A DNA stretch of 64,000 nt. It comes from a virus (Duplodnaviria; Caudoviricetes). The stretch is from positions 154,432-218,431 of IMG/VR virus record IMGVR_UViG_3300010163_000003; one strand, 5' to 3'. The notes under the pieces are model-generated. The model was given only the letters and a program-made list of their open reading frames with translations, ran no database searches and was not told the DNA's origin. How positions within the stretch are numbered: position 1 is the stretch's first letter; every line of letters starts with the position of its first letter. The position numbers and the translations under genes were made by a program. This document shows positions 1-9,178 of the stretch, one piece after another.

Positions 1-1136
1 GGATAATATTCAACAATAACCCTTACGCCGGGAGTAGCGGTAACTTTAGTGCTAGTATCTTTAAACTTAATAGTCATAGTGCTCTCGTCTAAATCATAAT
101 CGACACCTTTTTCAAGAAGCACATTGCACGAACCAGCCACTTCATTATAGCTATTATCGTAAGTCATCATTGTTACTATAATATCTTGATCTTGCTTAGT
201 TACAGGGAGAATGCCAGTCTCATCTAAGGCATTATTGCCTGTATCATAAGTAGTAGTATACAACCCAACTTTTGCAGTTGAATCTGTAGTAGTAGGCATA
301 ACAAGATTAATGTCTACAAATCCAGCGGGGTCGGATACTTCTACACCAAGACAGTTATTAGCATCCTTAACTTTAGTGTCTACTTCCGTACCATCTACTG
401 TTACTTTTGTAACATAGTTTTGAATTGATGTAGCAGGATCGGACGCAGTATAACTAGACCCAGTGGACTTATTTACACGATCATAATACATTTGATCTTG
501 AATAGGACTCTTCCATGCAGTATTATCTGTGAAATTATTGATTTCACCGTCTTTATCGTAAATCTTTTTATAAGAATATACGATTTTAACGTCGGAATGC
601 ATAGGAATTTGGCCTTCATTAATCTTAATAGGACTGTTATATTCGCCAAAGAAAACATTGTTGATTATGTCCCCAGTATTTGCATTATAAAATTTTGGGT
701 CACTAGCGAAGGGACGTCCTATTGGATAAATAGGAATAAGTGCATTGCCCTTAGTTACGCCAGATACTGGAGAGGACGTTAATTGCTCATATTCAACAGT
801 TTCACCAGTTTGCATAGTAACAGTCGTATATGCACGAGAACCTGTAACACGCATGCAGCGAACATCTCTAAATCCATGTCTAAAGGCTTGTTTCGCAGCT
901 TTAGTAATAGTACCAGCACTTGGATAACCATTGTCATCTACTTCGGAGCCAAAAATTTTGCTTACATTTTCTTCAGTGACATTGACAGGTTCTTTAACTG
1001 GACCATCAAATGCAGTGCCAAGGATCAATAAGCTTTTATTGTATCCAGCATCTGTATTAGCATCACTATGCAGCCTGCCATCGCGAAATTCTACGAGATG
1101 TCCTGGCAGATTAGGATACATATTAGTAATAGCCAT
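1..1136 (-). CDS. Tail sheath protein, N-terminal part (runs off the left edge of the window)
   Basis: Absent from the ORF track, consistent with having no stop in the window. ATG at 1136, with AGGAGG RBS just upstream. Translated by hand and open at least to ~420: MAITNMYPNLPGHLVEFRDG...SLLILGTAFDGPVKEPVNV...KIFG...TITKAAKQAFRHGFRDVRCMRVTG, the typical N-terminal pattern of contractile sheath proteins. Confidence 0.8.
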   Translation of the reverse strand, partial: MAITNMYPNLPGHLVEFRDGRLHSDANTDAGYNKSLLILGTAFDGPVKEPVNVTEENVSKIFGSEVDDNGYPSAGTITKAAKQAFRHGFRDVRCMRVTGSRAYTTVTMQTGETVEYEQLTSSPVSGVTKGNALIPIYPIGRPFASDPKFYNANTGDIINNVFFGEYNSPIKINEGQIPMHSDVKIVYSYKKIYDKDGEINNFTDNTAWKSPIQDQMYYDRVNKSTGSSYTASDPATSIQNYVTKVTVDGTEVDTKVKDANNCLGVEVSDPAGFVDINLVMPTTTDSTAKVGLYTTTYDTGNNALDETGILPVTKQDQDIIVTMMTYDNSYNEVAGSCNVLLEKGVDYDLDESTMTIKFKDTSTKVTATPGVRVIVEYY

Positions 1137-1151
1137 TTGAATTTCCTCCTT

Positions 1152-1994
1152 TTAGCTTTTGTTAAAAGTTATACCATTATCTCCAGCAAAGAATTCTAAG
1201 TCTATTAACTCAGATCTGTTTTGCTCGATTAACGTTTTAACCTTTTGAGTATTGAGTTGATTTACGCCAATCTCAGTATTAATCCTATTGATTACACTTT
1301 GTCGAATAGGCGTAATCGCTTCGAACCTTATATAATAATATATACAATGCATAAAAGCCGATTCGTCGTAATTTAAGGAACATTTTGGGTGAGTTTCTGA
1401 CTCAAACCACAATTCACTAATTCCATGTTTCTTTAAATATCCAGTATATACAGTAAGTAAGTTTTCAAAACGTTTCATTAAATCTCTAGACTCTTTTGAG
1501 TTTCTACCATATATATTAAATTCAACATTAGATGCAAACCATTGGCGATAAATCAAAAAAGCATCTCCAGTAGGATTTCCATTATCATCTAGTTCTTCAA
1601 TAATATCAGTAAGCTTAGGCTTGTATCCACCAAGAGCCTCGTCTACTTCTCGAAGATTAGTTTCTATAGTAATTTGGGGAAGAATTACAACAGAACTATT
1701 TTCTCCTTTTTTAAGATCCATAGAAAATTCTCCCCAACCCTCTCCCCACGCTGCATTACATAATTTTTTAAGTATATCAGCTAATTGTTCAATGCTAGAT
1801 ATATTACCATCAGCCATTTGACGCAGTTTTGCTACATTATATTCTATACCAAGAGAAGATGATGTATCATGAAAACGTTTATCTGTTACAGAGCTATATA
1901 TTGCATGATTTAATTTAGATTTGTCAATAGTAACTTTTTCTTCTTTCTCTTCAGGTTTTATACCAAAATATGCATTGTATATTTCATCATTCAT
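1152..1994 (-). CDS. Putative tail terminator / tail completion protein
   Basis: Lies between two sheath-like genes. Segment VEFNIYGRNSKESRDLMKRFENLL resembles tail-completion proteins. Start placed at ATG 1994 (RBS GAAGGTG), overlapping the upstream stop. Confidence 0.45.
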   Translation of the reverse strand: MNDEIYNAYFGIKPEEKEEKVTIDKSKLNHAIYSSVTDKRFHDTSSSLGIEYNVAKLRQMADGNISSIEQLADILKKLCNAAWGEGWGEFSMDLKKGENSSVVILPQITIETNLREVDEALGGYKPKLTDIIEELDDNGNPTGDAFLIYRQWFASNVEFNIYGRNSKESRDLMKRFENLLTVYTGYLKKHGISELWFESETHPKCSLNYDESAFMHCIYYYIRFEAITPIRQSVINRINTEIGVNQLNTQKVKTLIEQNRSELIDLEFFAGDNGITFNKS

Positions 1995-3579
1995 TATAGT
2001 CACCTTCAGTTCTTGTAACATCGACAACTGAACAAACAGTAACGGCTTTAACCATGTAGTTTGTCATTAAAGACAAATATACTGTTATATGTCCTTCTAT
2101 ATAATTGTGTTCCAATTTAATTTTATATGCAGTAATTATCTCTCGCGCACGTAAAACTTTAAGTAGATTATCTAAATCTTTTTCAAGTATATTTTTGTTA
2201 ATGATACGAATCATATCATGTCCGATATAATATTGGAATAATTGATTCATCATTGATATACAAATTTGAATCATGCGCACATTACAGTATAATCTAAAAT
2301 TTTCATTATTACATGGAGTAATTCCATCGTATACAACTGGAGTATTATATAACGGACTATGGCGGAATACAACTATGCCTGAATCAGCCATATTACTTAA
2401 AATATCTTCTGAAAACTCATGATATATTGAAAGAGTTTTAGATATAGGAATATTTGTTGTGCCTTCAAGATATAATGTATTTGCACATAATGCGGCATAA
2501 GCTAAATATCCATTATCTATTATAGTACCTTTATTATACATTAAGTCTCCGCCAACTACAGACACCATAAAAGAATAAGCAGCATTATTGCAAACAGATA
2601 AATTATACTTTATGCATGCTTGATACATTTTTGCTAAGTCATCAGCCTCTGATAAATGTCTACACCAGTATTGATAATTAGAGTTAAATCCTAAAATTCC
2701 ATTTGTAACCATGCCAAAGTTTAATTGTATAATACAAAAATCAATTAGCTGATTCATGAAGGAACGTTTACGTCCAAAATTATCTTCTGTAAGATAATCT
2801 CTATCATGATGATAATATGTTTTATTATATTGGAAACTGTCTTCTCCCATATCTGGGTACATGTCGTCTAAAAATGCATCAACAGGAACTATAATATCTA
2901 TAGAATGAGATTCTAGTATATTATAAGCAGAAGATAAGCATGAATATAATTCATTCTTACTATAATTAAGACCGCTATTTCCTCCTTCTAAATATACCAT
3001 AGAAGGGTTAACGCCATAAAAAGCATATTGGGTTGGTGTTTCAGAAGCAACATTGTGATATGCATATATAAAACTTTTACGATTTTTTGTATCTTTATTT
3101 ATAGCTTCTACTAATAAATCCATGTATGGATAATCAGCATATTTGTATATAATATCATTGATATTTAAATCTTCAGGGAATCTAAACATTAAGCTATCTT
3201 CATTGACAACTATTTTAATATCATTAAATATTTCATTTGCTTGAGATGATGTAAGGACTAATCCATCAAAAGTAACTTCTCCAAATAAATTATTTACACT
3301 TAGGGTGCATTTAGCATGTTCTCCAGTTACCTTTACAACATATACCTGATTAGCTTTACTGGTATATTTAATAGCATGAAAAGCACTAACAAGAGTTCCT
3401 TTCGTACCAAATTTACTATGAAAACCAACAGTAGACTTTATAAGTATTGGTTCATTTACAGGGCCATACTCAGCAGAACCAAGCAAATAAATACGCTTGC
3501 CATGAGTATTGTCAGAAACAACAGTTTTTAACCACTGTTCTCTTTCTTTTATCATCTTGTCAATAACTGTGCTGGCCAT
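1987..3579 (-). CDS. Second tail-sheath-like protein
   Basis: N-terminal IYLLGSAEYGPVNEPILI...KFG...VYVVKV and C-terminal GIVVFR...VVYDGIT...NVRMIQI...REIITAYKI match both ends of the sheath fold. Confidence 0.65.
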   Translation of the reverse strand: MASTVIDKMIKEREQWLKTVVSDNTHGKRIYLLGSAEYGPVNEPILIKSTVGFHSKFGTKGTLVSAFHAIKYTSKANQVYVVKVTGEHAKCTLSVNNLFGEVTFDGLVLTSSQANEIFNDIKIVVNEDSLMFRFPEDLNINDIIYKYADYPYMDLLVEAINKDTKNRKSFIYAYHNVASETPTQYAFYGVNPSMVYLEGGNSGLNYSKNELYSCLSSAYNILESHSIDIIVPVDAFLDDMYPDMGEDSFQYNKTYYHHDRDYLTEDNFGRKRSFMNQLIDFCIIQLNFGMVTNGILGFNSNYQYWCRHLSEADDLAKMYQACIKYNLSVCNNAAYSFMVSVVGGDLMYNKGTIIDNGYLAYAALCANTLYLEGTTNIPISKTLSIYHEFSEDILSNMADSGIVVFRHSPLYNTPVVYDGITPCNNENFRLYCNVRMIQICISMMNQLFQYYIGHDMIRIINKNILEKDLDNLLKVLRAREIITAYKIKLEHNYIEGHITVYLSLMTNYMVKAVTVCSVVDVTRTEGDYNE

Positions 3580-4148
3580 ATATATTTGCCACCTTTCAGT
3601 AACTCATTCAAGCCCTTATTGTTTAAATTCTTCAAAGCTTGTGAGTAAGATGCCATTAAGTCTGTCTTATCGTTTATTACACATCCATTTAATTCATTGC
3701 GTCCATTATCTCCACGCATTTCCCATACATTGATTATTTCTAATACTTTTAATACGTCAACAGGATTGCCTTTTTTATCCCATGTTACTTTAAGAATTAT
3801 ATCTCGTTCCTTGGGATTATATTGTTGACGTATGTAATATATTTCATTTTTCTGATCTGTTGCACCTAAAGCTGTTTGTATTATGGAGCTTGTATCTGAA
3901 TATGCACTGTTAGAGCTTTCTATCGCTTTTATTTTTTGAATGCTAGCAAAATAGCCAGTACCATGACAAATAGGACAATTGGGGTCGCCCGTTTTATGTA
4001 AATCATTGAAGCAACGACATCTCACAAATTTGCAGTTATGGATAAACAATATATCTATTCCAAATTCATTTGTAAGCAATTCAGATTGAAATCGCATATC
4101 AATGTCTACATTGCGCAATTCAGCGGATTGATTCGTGAATTTGTACAT
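3552..4148 (-). CDS. Putative neck / head-closure protein with Zn-binding insert
   Basis: CRC...CPICHGTGY motif; located between a head-tail adaptor candidate and the sheath genes. Confidence 0.5.
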   Translation of the reverse strand: MYKFTNQSAELRNVDIDMRFQSELLTNEFGIDILFIHNCKFVRCRCFNDLHKTGDPNCPICHGTGYFASIQKIKAIESSNSAYSDTSSIIQTALGATDQKNEIYYIRQQYNPKERDIILKVTWDKKGNPVDVLKVLEIINVWEMRGDNGRNELNGCVINDKTDLMASYSQALKNLNNKGLNELLKGGKYIWPAQLLTR

Positions 4149-5023
4149 TAGAAGTTCGTGGTTCTAGCCCAATCATCATATTTGTAATTATCAATAGCTT
4201 TGACCCCATAAGCTACGATATTTACGCCACGAATTTTATCATCGGCTTCTTTCCATTTATCTTTCAAGTCATCAAGAAGATTATCAAGATATGGGAGCTT
4301 TACATCTTTTTTAATACGAATATCGCCTATTTCTTTTTCTTGAGAACCATAACGAAGAGATATGCCATAGTAACGATTCATTATCAAATTAATCTCTGTT
4401 TGATATCGAACCCAGTCTCTTGCAGCGTTGCTTGAGAAAGTATAGTTGCCATCTTGATCTATTTCATAAGTAACGTTTTCTACAGGGTCTTCTTGATTGG
4501 CTAATTCATCTATTAATTCTATCACACCCATACTGTTTCTGTATAGCATAGAATTAATATATTCATCTGTAAATCCCTCAATAAATTCGCCAATATCCTC
4601 CCATACTTTTTTAGCGCTAGATAGGAGAGGATTTAATTGACTTACAAATGTCCACTTAAATAACTCTTTTCCGATGCATATACATGCTTCATACTTATTG
4701 TTTGGCTTTAACCTTTTAACAGTACCATATTTTTTATATAGGGCGTTCGGTTTATCCGCACGCCCTGTAGATAACACTTCTAAATTAAGCCTTTTAGAAG
4801 CAACATTAGATACTATAGAAACTATATCTCCAGCCAATAATGGTGAATTAAATGCTATACGTCCTGTATCACGAGAAGTAATATAGTCTTTATCTTCACC
4901 AAATGTTTGGAGTTTCCCATTTAAAAAAACAGAGATAGATTCATTAATAAAAGGTTTTTCAACAGAAAATATCTGTTGACCATGAGAAGCAGTATATGTT
5001 TCATTAATCATATATTTTCTCAT
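4148..5023 (-). CDS. Putative head-tail adaptor protein with N-terminal beta-sandwich
   Basis: N-terminal ISVFLNGKLQ...DY...GRIAFNSPLLAGDIVSI module; C-terminal SQEKEIGDIRIK adaptor-like motif; gene position. Confidence 0.45.
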   Translation of the reverse strand: MRKYMINETYTASHGQQIFSVEKPFINESISVFLNGKLQTFGEDKDYITSRDTGRIAFNSPLLAGDIVSIVSNVASKRLNLEVLSTGRADKPNALYKKYGTVKRLKPNNKYEACICIGKELFKWTFVSQLNPLLSSAKKVWEDIGEFIEGFTDEYINSMLYRNSMGVIELIDELANQEDPVENVTYEIDQDGNYTFSSNAARDWVRYQTEINLIMNRYYGISLRYGSQEKEIGDIRIKKDVKLPYLDNLLDDLKDKWKEADDKIRGVNIVAYGVKAIDNYKYDDWARTTNF

Positions 5024-5036
5024 GTATTATATCCTC

Positions 5037-6203
5037 TTAATCTATAGTTTTGGTATACTCAAGAATAACTACTGTTGGCGCATTAACAAAATCAGAGAAA
5101 AAGTATATAGAATGAGAATGCATGTTTACATAAGAAGCAACGTATACTAAATTATTATTAATATCATCAGTTGATGTTGAGTTTATAGGAAGATACATGT
5201 TAATGTTAGCTGCATCATCTTTTACATTAACAAACCCATAAAGATTTATGACGTTTTTGATATTCAAACTGGATATATCAATAAATGGCGACAATCCATT
5301 TGGCGTAACCGCTGGAGTGGTAGTTTCAAAGACTTTTCTATAGATTGGTTTCCCATCTATCCAAGTACCAATTTTAATCTCTTCTGTAGAATATGTTTCT
5401 CCATTAGAACTTATGTCAGAATTACCACCAGACTCTTCAGAACCAGCACTACCTGTGCCATCATCTACTTCAGAAGTAACGACATCTTTTAAAGCTTTAG
5501 TTATAGCAGTGTCTACAGCAGGAAGGACGCTGTTTTGCACATAAGATATCATTTTATTTTCTGTAATTATTTTGTCAGTAGGAGTATCTTCATTGATAGT
5601 ATCTACTTTATTAAGATGTAAACCAGTTGCATCAACAATAAGTCCATCTTCTCCATCTGCTATTTTAAGATTTGCAGTTACATTATTGTTTGCGTCTGTA
5701 GTAAATGTGATTGAATTTGTATTACCAAACGTATGTACAGTAGAAAGATAATTTTTAAGAGATACAAAATAATATTGTTCATTCCCATCGGCATTATCAT
5801 TATCTGCTGTAAACAATAGACCAACGTCGCCAGTTTGTGTACCATCAGGAACACTAATTGCTGTATTAGTTAAATCGGCATCGGTAATAGTATGAGATTT
5901 AACAGCCCTAAAGAATTTGTCAGTAAGTACGCCAGAAGCACTAATTTTAGCCGTAACGTAATCAACAAGAGCTTTTGTACTAGGAGCTTCTGTAGTAGTT
6001 CCTGTCGCATTAGAAGCAATAGACTCAACTAAAGTAATGTTAGAGCCTGAATCAGTAGCATCAAAGAGTTTAGTTTCACCAAGATGTCCTTTGCCATTAT
6101 TGAGAAGATAAAATGTTAATGCATCTTTAGTTGTTACAGCAGCATATTGCGCATCAGGATCAGGACTAGTAAAAAGCTTGAACTTAAATCTTTGATTTGC
6201 CAT
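5037..6203 (-). CDS. Virion fibre-like protein
   Basis: Thr/Asp-rich body. C-terminal YSTEEIKIGTWIDGKPIYRK...VILEYTKT domain is of a kind common at the ends of phage fibre proteins. Start at ATG 6203 after RBS GGAAGTGG. Confidence 0.5.
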   Translation of the reverse strand: MANQRFKFKLFTSPDPDAQYAAVTTKDALTFYLLNNGKGHLGETKLFDATDSGSNITLVESIASNATGTTTEAPSTKALVDYVTAKISASGVLTDKFFRAVKSHTITDADLTNTAISVPDGTQTGDVGLLFTADNDNADGNEQYYFVSLKNYLSTVHTFGNTNSITFTTDANNNVTANLKIADGEDGLIVDATGLHLNKVDTINEDTPTDKIITENKMISYVQNSVLPAVDTAITKALKDVVTSEVDDGTGSAGSEESGGNSDISSNGETYSTEEIKIGTWIDGKPIYRKVFETTTPAVTPNGLSPFIDISSLNIKNVINLYGFVNVKDDAANINMYLPINSTSTDDINNNLVYVASYVNMHSHSIYFFSDFVNAPTVVILEYTKTID

Positions 6204-6221
6204 TATTACCACTTCCATATT

Positions 6222-7661
6222 TTAATTTATTGCATCAGCGCCCCACGGACTTCCAGTTGCAGAGCCATTGTAATAAATATGTTTTACATGACTAAATGCA
6301 GATTGTTCTATTGTTGAAACAGTATTTGGAATTGTTATACTTGTAAATCCTGTGCAATGATAAAATGCGCCATATGTTGCGTTATGACCTCCGCCAATAC
6401 TTGTAATGTTGTCAGGTATTATTAAATCGCCTGTAAGACCACTACATTCGCCAAATGTCCCTTTCTGTATACATGACATGTTTTTTGATATTTTTAAACT
6501 ACCATTAAATCCAGTGCATCCATCAAATGCATATTCTCCTACTGATGTCACGGTGTCTGGAATAGTTAAATCAGCAATCAAACTAGTACAATTTCTAAAT
6601 GCCTCATTGTCAATAACAGTAATATGATTAGGAATTGTTAAGAATGGTCCTAATTTTGAACATCCATTAAATGTAGAATTAGGAATAGTTGTTATTGATT
6701 TAGGGATATTTGGCATTGATTCTAGTCTAGTACAACCTAAGAATACACCGATCCCCATATGTGTAACACTGTCAGGTATAACAATATCTTTAATGCCAGT
6801 TTTTCTAAAAGCAAAATCTTCTATACTAGTTATTTTATCATGTAATATTATCTTTGTAATGCCAGAACAATACATAAAAGCTGAATCTGTTATAGTAGTT
6901 ATGCTTTCTGGGATAGTTAATGTGCCAGTAAAGCTACCATTAGAAAAGGATTGTTTACCTATATAAGTTACTTTGTCTGGTATAATTAAAGGACCAGTAA
7001 GGTTAAGACCATCAAGAGCCTTATCCCCAATATATGTTACACCTTTAGGGATATGTAATTCGCCACTAAAGGAACGACAATTAGCAAATACATTATTATT
7101 TAACCTAGTTATGTTCTCTGGAATTGTTAAAGAACCTGTAAATCCAGTGCATAATCCAAATGCATTTTCGCCTATTTCTGTAACGCTATTCGGTATAATT
7201 AAATTACCCGTAAAGCCACTACAAAAATAAAATGCATTGCTTCCGATACTCGTTACGCTATCTGGAATAACCAAATCTCCGGTGAGAGTTCTACATTTAT
7301 AAAATGCATAATCTCCAATATGAGTAATAGTATTCGGGAATGTTACACCAGTAATATCTGTGCAACCATAAAAAGCACCAGTACATGATGTCATTTTGGT
7401 AGAAGAATTAGGGTCTTCGTATTTAGCTATACCATCTGCTATTGCAAATACTTTATAGCGTTCTCCGTCAGAACCAGTGAAATAATCTGGAATATTTAAG
7501 ACTCCATTTTCATCTTTAAATCTTAATATTTCGTCTCTATTTTCTTGTGTAATAATAAAATCGTTAGATGGTAATTCAGGTTCTTCTTCGGCTTCAACAA
7601 CGGAAGGCCATGACGAATTGTTAATGATTCTATTATAAATAACATCAGAAAAATTGGACAT
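6222..7661 (-). CDS. BspA/TpLRR-type leucine-rich repeat protein (LRR_5), candidate adhesin
   Basis: Many tandem LxIPxSVTxIGxxAFxxCxxL repeats; C-terminal cap GSPWGA. Confidence 0.9.
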   Translation of the reverse strand: MSNFSDVIYNRIINNSSWPSVVEAEEEPELPSNDFIITQENRDEILRFKDENGVLNIPDYFTGSDGERYKVFAIADGIAKYEDPNSSTKMTSCTGAFYGCTDITGVTFPNTITHIGDYAFYKCRTLTGDLVIPDSVTSIGSNAFYFCSGFTGNLIIPNSVTEIGENAFGLCTGFTGSLTIPENITRLNNNVFANCRSFSGELHIPKGVTYIGDKALDGLNLTGPLIIPDKVTYIGKQSFSNGSFTGTLTIPESITTITDSAFMYCSGITKIILHDKITSIEDFAFRKTGIKDIVIPDSVTHMGIGVFLGCTRLESMPNIPKSITTIPNSTFNGCSKLGPFLTIPNHITVIDNEAFRNCTSLIADLTIPDTVTSVGEYAFDGCTGFNGSLKISKNMSCIQKGTFGECSGLTGDLIIPDNITSIGGGHNATYGAFYHCTGFTSITIPNTVSTIEQSAFSHVKHIYYNGSATGSPWGADAIN

Positions 7662-7701
7662 TTATACCCCTTCTTTATATGTCAATATATATTGAATGTC
7701 A

Positions 7702-8094
7702 TTATTGATGGTATTTCTCAATTTTATCTAAATTACTTTTAATATCTTCTTCATGCTCTGTAATTTTATCTTCAACACGAAGAAGTCTTTTTTCTTGATC
7801 TTGAGTAGCTGCTTCAAGTTTGCTAAGCATGTTATCATGTTGTTCAAGCAATGTTTTAGCTTTTATCATACGCTCTTCATGATCTCCAATACGATCTTTT
7901 GCTGCATTAACATCTTTCCAAATACGATCATGAGAGCTTTTATTGTCTTCTCTATCTTTATTAATATTATCGTATAAGTTAGAAACAGTATCGTTAAGTT
8001 TTATGATACTGGAATTAAGCTTAAGTATTGGTGTACCTACAGTAATAAAAAATCCAACAAGAGCAATAATGCCTACTACAATTTCCCACGTCAT
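7702..8094 (-). CDS. Holin-like membrane protein (N-terminal TM helix plus coiled coil)
   Basis: MTWEIVVGIIALVGFFITVGTPIL hydrophobic helix followed by a charged heptad-like tail; RBS AAAGGAG. Confidence 0.5.
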   Translation of the reverse strand: MTWEIVVGIIALVGFFITVGTPILKLNSSIIKLNDTVSNLYDNINKDREDNKSSHDRIWKDVNAAKDRIGDHEERMIKAKTLLEQHDNMLSKLEAATQDQEKRLLRVEDKITEHEEDIKSNLDKIEKYHQ

Positions 8095-8126
8095 AATTAA
8101 AACTCCTTTGCAACTGACGTATAATA

Positions 8127-8136
8127 TATAATATAC
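8127..8136 (-). promoter_or_regulatory. Candidate late-promoter motif GTATATTATA upstream of holin-like gene
   Basis: Exact copy of the motif in the intergenic gap. Confidence 0.35.
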
Positions 8137-8181
8137 TTTGTAAAAGAGTGTTTATGTTATAAAATCAAAATGTCAGATTAG

Positions 8182-9162
8182 TTAATTTATTGATAATGCT
8201 CCCCAGTTATTGTCACTTGTAGCTGAACCATGATAAACTATATGAGAAACATTTTTAAATGCATCTTTTCCTATCTCTATTACACTATCTGGTATAATTA
8301 AATCCGTAAGAGATGTACAATCACCGAAAGCATAGGGATATATTTTAGTGCAGCTATTAGGAATTGTAATCTTCGTAAGAGAACCACAGCGACGAAATGC
8401 ATTAGGACCTATATAAACTACATTTTTAGGAATATTAATGCTGGCCAAAGATGTACAACCGCTAAACGTTTCCTTTCCTATTATAGTAACATTGTCAGGG
8501 ATAGTTACATTGGTAAGAGATGAACATGAGCAAAATGTACCAATACCAGTATTTGTTATATTTTGTGGCAATGTTACGCTTAAAAGATTGCTACAGCCCA
8601 TAAATATATATGGAGATAAATTTAATATATTGTTAGGTAGAGTTACATTTATAAGATTCTTAGAAAATGAAAATGCATAAGCAGCAATAAATGAAATAAT
8701 ATTTGGCAATATTATTTCATTTATATTATTTAAATCGTTTATTAACGATATCATATTACCATTTATATCTTCATAGCCATATTCTATTCCTACTATTTTA
8801 TATTTAACCCCATTCGTTCCAGTAAAAGTAGCAGGAATATTTAAGATTCCATTTTCATCTTTAAATCTTAATATTTCATCTCTATTGTCTCTTGTAATAA
8901 TAAAAGGAGTGCCAGTTACAATATCTAAATCCTCACCATTAAGTTCTGCAATAACTTGGTCTACCATTTGTTGAATTTGCTCGTCAGTTAATATATCTTG
9001 TTCATTAATAATATTACCATTAAACGTTAAATCTCCTGTATCATTTACGGAAAGACCATTAAGTGTAGGAAGATTATCATGAGAATGCAAGAATTGTTTT
9101 AAATATTGAACCAACTTTTTATCGTTCAATATTAAAGCATATTTAAGATTATTTAAAGTCAC
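8182..9162 (-). CDS. BspA-type LRR protein with shared N-terminal docking module
   Basis: LRR_5 repeats. N-terminal ~75 aa are nearly the same as in 9179..10657. Linker FIITxxNRDEILRFKDENG is shared with 6222..7661. Confidence 0.85.
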   Translation of the reverse strand: MTLNNLKYALILNDKKLVQYLKQFLHSHDNLPTLNGLSVNDTGDLTFNGNIINEQDILTDEQIQQMVDQVIAELNGEDLDIVTGTPFIITRDNRDEILRFKDENGILNIPATFTGTNGVKYKIVGIEYGYEDINGNMISLINDLNNINEIILPNIISFIAAYAFSFSKNLINVTLPNNILNLSPYIFMGCSNLLSVTLPQNITNTGIGTFCSCSSLTNVTIPDNVTIIGKETFSGCTSLASINIPKNVVYIGPNAFRRCGSLTKITIPNSCTKIYPYAFGDCTSLTDLIIPDSVIEIGKDAFKNVSHIVYHGSATSDNNWGALSIN

Positions 9163-9178
9163 AATATCACTTCCTTAT

